In this document: positions 52,801 to 64,000 of the stretch, piece after piece
Numbering within the stretch: position 1 is the first letter of the stretch
Layout: every line of letters starts with the position of its first letter
From: Ramazzottius varieornatus
Lineage: Eukaryota > Animalia > Tardigrada
NCBI GenBank assembly: GCA_001949185.1
Contig: BDGG01000003.1
Location: forward strand, 2,711,158 to 2,775,157
Direction: 5' to 3'
Length of the DNA: 64,000 nt
The notes under the pieces: generated by a model
Database searches by the model: none
Seen by the model: the letters and a program-made list of their open reading frames with translations, nothing else
Told to the model about the DNA's origin: nothing
Translations under genes and position numbers: made by a program

Positions 52801-55462
52801 CAGTACCGAGGAAATAATTCTTAATCAACTACTTTTCTGACAATTGTATGTTTTTCGTCTTTAGCGAAGCCAATCAAGCGCGGGAACACAGCGAACTGAC
52901 TATTCATCCTACGTGTGCGAGCTCTTCGCAACCTATAAGGGCACACTTGTTGGCTTGGTGGACGTGTCAGAACAGAAAAAGGCTGTGACTAAAGAGCTAC
53001 TCGCGGAACTCACACTCGTAGGACTGTCCTCATTTGAAGTCCGAAAAATAACTCTGCGATTGTTAGCTGGACTTTCCTTTCTAAATGTGGAAGTAAATGA
53101 GTGTTTCGATGGTGATTTACTCAGAAATTTCGTTTGCAGATAAAAGCAGTCGAGCATGTCAACCTCCAACATTTCATCGGAATCGCAGTCTCTCTACAAG
53201 ACCAGTGCGAGTTTATCGTTGCAGAGCTCTGCTCTAAAGGCACTCTTCAAGATTTGATAGAAAATGACATGATTAAACTGGACTGGTTCTTCAAGCATTC
53301 CATCATAAGAGACATAGTACTGGTCAGTGGTTCCACAACGAAAAACCATAAACCCACATTAGCGCACTCACTGTTGGCGCGGACATGAAAAGTAACCTGT
53401 GGATTGTTTTAGGGTATGGCGTACCTTCACGGTTCGCCGGTCGCGTCTCATGGAAGCTTGTCGTCGTACAGTTGTTTGGGTGAGAAATAAAGTTATCCGG
53501 AAGTTCCATAAAGCAGCATACAGGTTGGTTTTTTGCTGGTTCTAGTGGACACTCGTTTCACCATCAAGATCGCCCAGAACCTGGCATACTTTTGCGACAA
53601 AGAAACGCTGAAACCATTCCGCGAGAGCGTGAAGGACGCTGACCGGCCGCTGACTTATCTGCTTTGGCGAGCTCCTGAACTTCTCCGGCAACAGATGCCA
53701 CCCAAAGGCACTGCGGTTAGCACTCAGTAGGCGTACTAACTCAAATAGAACCGGCAGACCAGTTGAGCTATCTACTCCGATAACTGCTAAGTTGAAATCA
53801 CGAAATCTATTCATACCTATTGTTTATCTTTTATGATCGACCTGACGAAGGCTCTTTGCAGAAAGGGGACATCTACAGCTTCTCAATAATATTGCAACAA
53901 ATTATACTGCGCAGCGAACCGTTCGAGCTTCCCAATGACCCGCTGGATCTCACCGACAGAGAAATTCTGGCGGAGGTATTCAAACGTTAACGTTTCTCTC
54001 GTCGGCTTATATAACGGGCACTTATAGGTGGTCGCATCGAACATTCCTCCTGTGCGTCCGCGAGTGCCGCGGTCCGCGTGCAGTAACGAGTTATACGACC
54101 TGATGGAGCAGTGCTGGGAGGAGGTCCCCTTAGAGCGGCCCACGTTCGCCAAGATCAAAGACCGACTACGAAAGATTATGGGCAACATTGGCGACAACAT
54201 TGTCGACTTGCTCTTCAAGCGCATGGAAACCTATGCGGCGGACCTGGAAATGAAAGTGGCGGAAAAGACTCAGCAGTTCATGGATGAGAAGAACCGATCA
54301 GAGCAACTTCTCAGTGAACTCTTACCCAAGTACCGAGCCTTGAGCCTGTTGGAAAACTATTTCACCTCGCTAAACTGCCTCGTGCTTTCCAGGTCGGTTG
54401 CCGAGGCTTTGACGAAAGGAATCTCGGTGGACCCGGAAGCGTTCGACAGCGTTACCATTTTCTTTTCCGATATCGTGGGATTTACATCGAAAGCGGCAAA
54501 GGGCACACCGATGGAAGTGGTGGACCTTCTGAACAGCCTATACACATTCTTCGATAATATCCTCGAAAAGTACGACGTGTACAAAGTCGAGACCATCGGC
54601 GACGCCTATATGGTGAGATCAGCCTCCCGCTCGGAGGGTTTGCGGGCTCTCCTCTGTGTTTCGGTCGTTATGATGCGTTTCTTGTAGGTTGCCAGTGGCT
54701 TGCCAATCAGAAACGGAAATCGTCATGCAAGCGAGATTGCTTCGATGGCTTTGGATTTGCTGAGGGGCATCACGAGCTTTCATGTAAGTAAGCAACGAGC
54801 CTTCAGGGGACCCGAAGTCCGTACGTCTCTTTCATACAGTACTACGCATTAGAGTGTCGACTCTCTTCAGGTTCCTCGCCATCCAAATGAGAAAATAGAA
54901 ATTCGGGCTGGGATAAATTCCGGTACGTCGAGTTCGTTGCAGTCTTGAAAGATGGACTCTTTGATTCTGTTGGATTATGTGGAACTCGTTGTCTTCAGGG
55001 AGCTGCGTGGCTGGAATAGTCGGACTGAAGATGCCGCGATATTGTCTGTATGTATTGCTATTGCTTTTTGGATTTGACAGGATGGGTTTATTTCAGTACG
55101 TGCTTTGTCTTGCAGGTTTGGCGACACAGTGAACACAGCGAGTCGAATGGAATCTCTCAGTGAACGTAAGTGTCAACAGGTTCTTGTGTGGTCGTTTCTT
55201 TGACTAGTTTTCGCTCTCGTGGTGGTCCCTGTTGTTCATACTGTCCCTGTTGTGGCTGCAGCGATGAAGATCCAGTGCACTGCGCAGACAAAGGACCTAC
55301 TGGAAGCTATTGGGGGATTTTCCCTGGTTGAGAGAGGTCCCATTGCGGTGAAGGTGAGTGTCTAGCATAGCTTATGGTAAATCATGCACTCGAGGAATCG
55401 CTCTTGTTTTTCGATAGGGAAAAGGCATGCTTACTACTTTCTGGTTACTGGGAAAGCGCTGA
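49899..55462 (+). CDS. Receptor guanylyl cyclase 2 (NPR-like), catalytic residues intact
   Basis: Signal peptide, ectodomain, TM and pseudokinase. The cyclase reads [38 protein letters not shown] and KGKG..TFWL. Confidence 0.92.
51350..51608. mobile_element. TA-flanked MITE (259 bp) inside an rGC-2 intron
   Basis: TIR core GCCCAAGCCAACTTGCTACC at both ends, with TA at 51348-51349 and 51609-51610. Confidence 0.8.
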
Positions 55463-56099
55463 AGGCCTGTCGAGTACTTCATAATCTTTGTATCACTTGC
55501 TTATTATTAAATACATACTGTATTTATTCTTCGTTAACAAGTCCCGATCTACTGTCCGTAACTCGTGGTACTGTAAGCTGTGGAACGATCCATGAAATCA
55601 TGGTCGGGCTCTGCCTCTGTCTTCTGGAAGAAATGCTTGCAGGGGCGTTTCTTTAACTTTCTCGTACTCGTTAGAGCTGGGGCGCATGCGCCAGAGAATT
55701 GGGTAGAACAGTAAGCCGACAGTATAGTAATAAAGCTGGAGCTTATTATGGTCGTGAAGACCTTGGTACCTTCTTTGACCACCGTCCAGTAGTCACTCCC
55801 ACTTTACTACACCCTTTCCGTCCTCAGTCGTATATAATAAATGAATATTTTCCATCTTGGCACTTTTAGCTTGTATTTTTGTGGCTGCTGAACGCTGCAT
55901 TAACTCCTCCTACAACCCGCCTGCAACTTTTTTTTGGTTTTTGTAGATGTCTTTATAGTTTTACCGATATTAGTATTTTTCTTGTGTAAGGTCCACTATA
56001 GGCTCTTGTGCAAGGTTCATTGCCCGAGGAAATAAGATTCCTGCACTAGTGCGAAGCAGCTGCCTTGTTCCCTTAATCAGGAATGATGAGTAATTATTT

Positions 56100-56845
56100 C
56101 TAGCTTTGATTGGGACCAACCGTGCAGGAAATGTTAATCTCGAATCTTGAGAGGCATTGTCCGTGCTTAACGAGAAAAACGATGACCCGAGCCGATCGAT
56201 TGGGTGAGAAGCAGCTTCGTGGGTGCTGGGAACTGAACATCATGGCGGGATGAGAGGAAGACAGGTCTTTGTTTAGTATATAGAGCTTACAACAAGAGGA
56301 CTCCGCCAGCCACACGAAAAGACCAAGCATGATCGAACCAAGGCGAAGCTTTCTTCGGTTCCATTGTGGGCATCTTTCCCTGCAGTATTTTGGAGGCCGG
56401 CAGGCAAAGACGGTTATATCAAATAGCACGGTTTTCTTCGTATTTGACTGAAAACATGCGCCCCTCGAGATAACTACCATCGCGAGATTATTTGTCGCCC
56501 TCCAATTTTCATATTATGTTTCATCCAGTTCCTTCAGAAAAAGATTTGTAATTTGTACGCGATTCAGGTAACCTGACAGAACATCTCAACGCTGCGGTAT
56601 CCAGCCAGTCCCGCAGCCGGTTGAGAGCCTTCTCAGTTCTCACTGTTCAGTCATTTCGTGCTCAAAACTGACGCGATGAGGACGCAGTGAGGGTTCAAAG
56701 GGGTCCCACAATACCTACACGTCCATTTCTTCTTGGTTTTTCCAGCCGTAGGGGTAGTGTACTGCTGGAAGAGGGGTGTAACTTTGTATATTTCGCGATC
56801 GCCGTGAAAGGGTTCCAGACTCCCAGCGCATGCTGACACCATTAT
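56100..56845 (-). mobile_element. Highly decayed hAT-like transposase relic (tentative)
   Basis: A BED-finger-like start (PLF...KKWTCRYCG) and, further downstream, LIPP*CSVPS..A and FFSLSTD, resembling the hAT P.Y..PS motif and the first catalytic Asp. Many stops and no TIRs found. Confidence 0.35.
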
Positions 56846-56924
56846 CGCGCAAGCTAAAAACGTTTTCTTTGGTTTTTCTTTGTGATACAATACCGGCTTT
56901 GTGCTCTCGTATCCTGACAGCGCC

Positions 56925-59900
56925 ATGGACATACCGTTACTTATGGTATTTTTTGCGCTTATTTGCGGAAAACTGGAGTTCAAAATTCTGAAGAGGAGAA
57001 CGGTATCACTGAACCTGACCGTTTGTTGGCTGCTGGAAGATGATTCGTATTATTCCACATATGAACGGCTGGCTGCTGCAGTGGACCTAGCCATCGAGCA
57101 CTCCAACTCCTACATTCTCCCAGAACATATCAAACTCCAGCTTGTCTTCCAGAGTGCCGGACCATCGTGTTCCAATACACAGTATTCCGTGGCTGCGAAC
57201 GTAATGCAGCTCGTGCGGGACGGAGTGGAATGCAACGTTTTTCTCGGCATAAGTAAGAACAATGCAAATATGGTTACATTTTTAGTATTTTATTCCCTGA
57301 ACAGTCCGTTTAGTTCAATTTCAATCTTGACACACTCCTATCCGAATGATTGGTTTTATAATTTTTCAACAGTAGCGTAGACGAATGGGATGCCGTCGAA
57401 TAGTTTCGCCCTAGATCGTTTGCTCATGTGGCGCACGCTTTTGTTGTAACTGGCTGAGGCTGTGCGCCAGTGTGAAGAACGATTTGGATGGGTTCCTTTG
57501 CCGACATCCTAAACAAATTTAAGTCCAGGTTTCCTATTTTTTGATCTTTTGTTATTCTCTTTTATTGTTAGCCTGTCCAACAACAGCCATTTCCCTGTAT
57601 GGAATAGCCGAGAACCTCAACACGCCCGTATTAGGCTGTCCAGCGGCAGGCACGGCGGCGTTGTTACTGAATCCGCGATCGCTTTCTGGTACCCTTCCAT
57701 TGTTAATAAAGGCCTCCTTCGGGTTCGTGGATATCAGGGCCTTTACTTTTTCGTTCTTGCGCGAGAACGGATACAGGCATCTATCCATTTTGCGAGACGA
57801 GTCCGCAACTTTTTATTCCCTAATGGGAAAATTTTTCACTCTAAGAACCAGAAACGACACCCAATACGGCATGGATGTCCAAGAATTTCCCTTCTTCAAC
57901 GAAGAGACGTCGTTGCCGAATTTCAAGAAACTGCTAAAAATTGCGGACGACGTGTCGAGAGGTAACTTATCACTCTTCCGTAAGACTGATTTTTGACGTC
58001 GGTATACAAATCGAACAAAAAATCGTTATGTCAGGTGGCGTACCTTTCCATTTTTGCCGATTGAAAGTGCGCGCCACTTGGGAGTACGATCTTCCCCAAG
58101 TCATTTGCCGACGTCTAATTTGTCTGCCTGACAATACTGTAATTTATCTCGTTCTAGTGTTCCTGGTTCTTGGACATGCCGACTTCGTACGGAAAACATT
58201 GGTATGTGAGACGTAGAGTGACGTGAGAAATATCCTGCCCGAAGCCTGAAAACTCTTTTCCTTCCTGGTCGGTTCCGGTATCATCAGGACGCTATTCTTT
58301 GCCGCTTTGACGTTACCGGCGTGTAATAATTACTATCTCACATCCGATCATGGTATCTTCAAACGCTCGATCGCTTGTCCCACTGGTATTCAGCATATTA
58401 CGACCATTGGGCGAATATCGACTGCTTCGGCATGAGAAAATATCAGAGTCACGAAACCCGTGGTTGAGTAGTTTTGATTATTTCGTCCTTTCAGGTCGCT
58501 GCTCATCAATTGGGATTTACAAAAGGCGACTATGTCAGTCGAAAGTACCTCATTTCGTTTTGCTTCCTAAGCTCCCCAGTCATTAGTCAACAAAATCTGC
58601 TAAAGTGCCCGTTAACGAAAGTTGATCCTGATATGCAGGTATTTTTGGCGGTTGAGCTCTTTGAACTGCACTACTGGGGAACCATACATTCACAGTACGG
58701 AGATCAACATGACGAGGTGTTAACAAGAACGTTGAAGAACTACTGGGTCAATCGGCAAGAAGAAAAATGAAGCTGTTCTTGCAGGCAGCTAGAGATGCCT
58801 TTCAGTCGCTGATGGTCATCTCATTGCGACCGGAACCTTCGAGCAGTGACGTTGAAACCTTCACTGAGAAGGTGAAATATTTAGCCCGAGACAAATATAA
58901 CTACACTTTCCGACCGTTAGAAAAAGTAAGGTTTTGCAGCCCAAACAAACGCTTCGCCAAAGCCTTGGCCATAAATATACGTTTTTTCCTAGCTGGACCC
59001 GCCTATACTTGCGCACTACGAAGCTGTACTGATTTACGCCCAAGAAGTTGCCGCTATGTCCCAGCTTGGATACCAAGAATTTGGCGGTGATGATGTGGTT
59101 AACCGGATATGTGGCTCGATGTATCTGGGAATTTCCGGCAGACTGGAGATTGGGGCAGACTGCGAACGGGACGTCGACTTACGGCTTACGGTTTTTGACA
59201 AGAAGACAGAAGAGTTCCAGGTACGCTCTTCAAGTGAACAACTGAACCGTGAATCGAAACTCTGTGAAAATTAATTTAACTGTTCTCGTCGTCAGGTCGC
59301 CATAGAATGGTTGCAAGTTAATTTCACATACAGCTATTTCCGGCACATTCAAGACATTTGGTGGCCTTCGTCCACTGGACGTCTTCCGCCAGACGAACCT
59401 ACTTGCGGCTACAGAAACGATAAATGCATCGACCAAAGTCTTCCCAAAGGAGTCTTAACAGCCGCTGTGGCTGTTCCAGTCCTTGCATTATTAGCTCTCA
59501 CTGCAGGCGGTACGGTCGTCCTTACAAAACTCAGGTAGTCTCGCTTCGGTCAAAAATGCTCATACGGTAGCTTTGCCACTTCAAAGCTCATATTTGTTCT
59601 AGGAAACTCCAGCACAACTACGACCCAGACTGGTGGAAGATTATAGTGGAAGACGAACTCACGATTAAGCAGAATCGAACCAGCAATGCCACGGGTGGTT
59701 CCAGGAAAACATTGGTTGGCACCCAAGCCTCGAGTTTTCTTATCAAATTTGTATGCGTAAATGATCATACGACTCCTAATTTTTGTAGAAAAGCATGTCC
59801 ACCGCCGGCACATCAGGACTCAGCGAGTACTCGTCTTACAAATGTTAGCGTTCATAAACTCTTCCTGTGCTTGCGTGGATAATCTAGTACTTGTTGCGAA

Positions 59901-62328
59901 ATGACCTTCCTGTAGGCGATATCCTTGCGGTATACAAAGGCAGCTTCGTTATGTTGACGGACGTCCTTGAAATGCAGAAATATCCCTCGTCCCAAATGAT
60001 TGAACGTTTCACAATAGTAAGCCACATTCTTTTTGGAAATCCTGCTCAGTTGCTGAAAAACGAACTGTTTTTTTGTTTTGCTTATTCTAGCTTAAAGCCA
60101 TCAATCATCCCAACCTCCACAAATTTGTCGGCATGGGACTAAACAACAAAGGTATCTGCGAGTTCGTAATTTACGAGGTCTGCTCCAAAGGATCCCTGAC
60201 GGATATTCTGCACAACGACATGTTAAAGCTGGACTGGAGTTTCAAAAACAGCCTCATTAAAGATATTGTTTTTGTAAGGGCTTTCTTTGCCTGTTCAGCG
60301 AAGTCGGCAGGACACATACATTTTCATCTCCCTTTTAGGGAATGACGTACCTCCACGCAAGTCCAGTACGCTCTCATGGGTACCTAAATTCCAACACCTG
60401 CCTGGTCGATGCACGGTTTACATTGCAAATATCGGACTACGGTCTGCCATATTTTCGAGATCCCGGCGATCTGGTACCACCCAGATTGTCTGACAACAAG
60501 AACCGCAATCTCGAAATTCTACTCTGGAGAGCCCCGGAGCTTCTGCGGCAAACGATGCCGGCAGAAGGCACCCAGGTACCTTGTAGTTTATGTATACAGC
60601 GCCCGGAAGTTGTCCAAGTGGAACCAAATTGCAAATTGTTTTCTACCAAGACATGCCTCTGCTTTGTAGAAAGGGGACGTTTACTCCTTCGCAATCGTGA
60701 TTCAGCAAATCATTCTGCGAAGTGGTCCCTTTGAGCTTCCTGATGACCCGCTTGATCTCCCGGAAGAAGAAATCTTACGAGAGGTAAGCTCATTAGGTTT
60801 TTATAGACCTGACGTCTTTCGGAAGATAACCGTGCTATTCACAATAGGTGATCGCGCTCAGTATTCCTCCAGTGCGGCCTCGAGTGCCACGCGCACTGTG
60901 CTCGAACGAATTATATGATTTAATGGAGCGTTGCTGGGAGGAAAACCCAATAGAGCGGCCACCCTTTCAAAAGACAAAAGATAAGCTGAAGAAGGTAATC
61001 GGCGACGTGGGAGACAATATCGTCGACTTGCTCTTCAAGAGGATGGAACAATACGCCAGTGATCTTGAGCAGAAGGTGGCAGAAAAGACACAACAGTTCA
61101 TGGACGAGAAAATTCGCTCGGAACAACTTCTAAGTCAGCTCCTACCAAAGTAAGAACCGACGTAGCAACCAAGAATACTTCCGAATCATTCGTTACTCGG
61201 CTGTATTTTCCAGGCCGGTCGCAGCCGCACTAACCAGAGGAGAGCGTGTCGACCCGGAAGCTTTCGAAAGCGTCACTATCTTCTTCAGCGATATCGTTGA
61301 TTTTACGCGACTCTCAGCTTTGGGTTCGTAACGCCAGTGATAACCTTACACGTAACCGCGCTCTTCACGTAGTCGGAGAACAGATTTGTAATGCCGTTTT
61401 CACAGGTTCTCCCATGGATGTGGTTGGGTTATTAAATGGCCTCTATTCGTTCTTTGACAACATCCTGGAAAAATACGATGTGTACAAGGTGGAGACGATA
61501 GGAGACGCGTATATGGTGTGCTCAGGTCTCCCCATTCGCAACGGCAACAGGTATCGTTCGCGTTTCCCACTGGGAAGTGAATGCTGGTTTTACGAATGCC
61601 GGCGAACTGGGTGAATATCCACAGGCATGCCACCGAAATTGCGAACATGTCGATCGAGCTGATGAAAGAGATTAAGTTGTTCCAAGTTCCCAATAGACCG
61701 GATGTGTCGATCGAAATTCGAGCTGGAATAAATTCAGGCAAGTCCATCTGCCGAATTTCTCTGTTATCTGGATAAGCCGTTCCGGGTCTACCGGTGTATA
61801 TTTACCGGTAGTCTTATTTCTTCTAGGAGCAAGTGTAGCAGGTGAGATACCCGGAACGCTATGATCGATATTCTGCCTAATATGTTCAAATACTTTTATG
61901 ATATTTGAAAATATAGGTATCGTCGGGCTGAAGATGCCGCGTTACTGTTTGTGAGTAACAATCTGTCCTTTGAAGCTGCGAACATACGAAACCGTGGCAA
62001 ACAGATTGTTAACTTAGGGATTTTTGCTCTTTTTTCGTAGGTTCGGTGATACGGTTAACGTGGCCAGTCGGATGGAGAGCACCGGAGAACCTATGAAAAT
62101 ACAAATCACCAACGAATCTAGGGAACTTCTCAACAGCATCGGTAGCTTTGCCATTGTCGAGCGTGGGCCAGTCGCGGTGAAGGTGAGCTGACACTGCGAA
62201 CAATCATTTCTGACGTTTCCCCGTAAGGGTGGATTTCACTTGCTCCTTTTGACATTCGTCTGCCGTTATTATAGGGGAAAGGAATCTTGACTACTTTCTG
62301 GCTTTTGGGAAAGCTGGGCAGCTTGTAG
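56925..62328 (+). CDS. Receptor guanylyl cyclase 3, tandem paralog of rGC-2, catalytic residues intact
   Basis: Collinear with rGC-2 ([17 protein letters not shown]; [13 protein letters not shown]). The cyclase reads [19 protein letters not shown] and [19 protein letters not shown]. Confidence 0.92.
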
Positions 62329-63683
62329 AACGCTTGGAAAAAATCTGAATCCGCTCGTGCAGTGGTCGTTATTTCCTTTCGTCCGATTTCCCAAGTCTCT
62401 GCATGACGTTTTCAAAGACGTTTTCGGTCGAGCTTTCTCCGAAATTGGTTTTCGCCAGCTCGACGGAGCTGTGCGATGTAGCTAGGTTGATACTTTTAGT
62501 ATTTCAAGATAGCACCGTAATGAACAGCAGACTAAACTCCCGACGGTAAGAACATAAAGAAATGGCGGATTAAAGACGATCGAAATGGCACATGACGTCC
62601 ACTTTCCGCAGTGACGTCACGGAATAAAGGAATTTTATTGATGATTAATGGTAAACATCGTTCAATTCTGCGCTGCGAGCCTGCATGAAGTTCTCTTAGT
62701 TTCTTTACGACCCTAACCATCCCGTTGAGCCCTAAGATTTCTGCCGTCGAGACGCTTTGTTCTGGATCTGGGCTTCTGTGGAAGCCGGGAGTTGGGAAGA
62801 GAGTCGACCATGGTTATCGGGCGTCTGCAGAAGGAAGGAGGAATGGTTTTCGTTCAAGCACCGTTTACCGAATGCTTTCTCATGCTCTCGGTCTTCGATC
62901 CCTTTATTTTCCTTGCAAGTTCGGACAGCATGGTCAAGTCTTCCGGTGACATAACGGCTCGTAAGGCTCCAGACATGGGCAGAGTTCCACAGTCAGTCTA
63001 CTTTTGTTGTTCACGGTGGAAGGATACTTCCGCATCAACAACCGCAAGCGCTGAGCTCCATTAGAATTTCGAGTACTTCCGTCACTACTTCGTAGGCTTT
63101 TCCTGACCCGTTTACGGATCCCGTGATGTCAGTCACAGCGTTGCCGCTGGCCTAGCAAGTTCGTCAAATTAAGGAGTTTCCCACATCACCGTACGTGGAC
63201 AGTGACACTTCCGGTCGCGCTCATATTTCGTTTAACCACAAGGTACAGTAATTAGCTCCCAGGGCCACTGGGCAGTGAACTTAGGAACGTCTTTTCCAAA
63301 CGGATGGAGTTGCGGAGGAGGAGGAAGTACAACGTGTAATCGTTATTCACGTGATAACAGTTCGATTTCTACGTATCTTTATTACAAGGTCTCAGCGCCT
63401 CCAGATCACGGAAGTGGAAAGTGGATTGTTGGGACCTGGAGGCTGGAGCTCAAGTACAATTACATTTCGCGTTCAAGACGGGACTATACCTCCAGCAAAG
63501 CGAATGAAAGGCTTTTGTGTAGGATGATAACGCAGACGATCCAAGATGGGATGAATTTAACAAGTACGAGGTAGAAGTCATGAGTGTTGCGTATTTTAAT
63601 TTGGCCTATGAGTTTTGCGTAGTTGCGGTTTACGGTGGCAGCACACGTACGTCTTGCAGTCAGCTGCTATAAGCCGTATGACT

Positions 63684-63815
63684 TTACAAGTCGGCTACGT
63701 GCTGCTTTGCTGCGGCGTACATTGTTATCCATCCTTCCTTCACTGCACGAACAGCATCGTCCATGCTCAACTGCTTGCTAACCTGAGAGGCTGTGAGGAG
63801 TTTGAAGGAAGCCAT
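63684..63815 (-). pseudogene. Pipsqueak-type HTH fragment (possible pogo-like transposase relic)
   Basis: MDDAVRAVKEGWITMYAAAKQH fits the psq HTH pattern M..A..AV..G.......AA..Y. It is followed by stops. Confidence 0.4.
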
Positions 63816-64000
63816 GTCTAAGGGCCTGGAGTAAGAATTCAGAAGATGATCCTTTATGAAATTTGGCCTCGCGGTATCAGCTGGCAGCTGTCTACTGCTA
63901 TGCGCCGGAAGTACGTCATGTAAGCCGCATACCAGCGCTATACAAGTTATGGCTTCGTTTAGACTCAAAAACCAGCTTCGTGACGCGTATCCGCGGCTGA

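Overview
This window is compact, intron-rich animal genomic DNA, not prokaryotic. Introns are short GT-AG introns, mostly about 55-110 nt, so the ORF track shows exon fragments; I joined the gene models by hand. Compactness, gene density and three receptor guanylyl cyclase (rGC) paralogs suggest a tardigrade such as Ramazzottius (inference only). The region from 1 to 16.2 kb is accessory and rich in DNA transposons. It holds an orphan membrane protein, a PLD3-like gene that has lost its second HKD half, a stop-interrupted THAP finger, a 90-bp repeat that parses as 60-nt introns plus 30-nt micro-exons, several MITEs (one nested), a stand-alone MAGI-type PDZ-GK gene, XXYLT1, a two-intron DD34E Tc1 element and a deleted hAT. 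The region from 16.7 to 49 kb is a gene-dense block: MRPS2, MGAT2, an orphan secreted protein, rGC-1, PTGES2, FBF1-like, a SETDB-like MBD-SET gene, FNIP, Borealin-like, NDUFB4, a cytochrome b5 domain protein and GAPDH. The region from 49.9 to 62.3 kb holds the tandem pair rGC-2 and rGC-3. The best lead is rGC-1: it keeps the metal-binding Asp and GTP-specificity residues but has lost the catalytic Asn/Arg pair (DTVTIAAKMES vs DTVNxASRMES). That makes it a candidate half-site receptor cyclase next to two intact paralogs. No tRNA, rRNA or CRISPR array was recognised.
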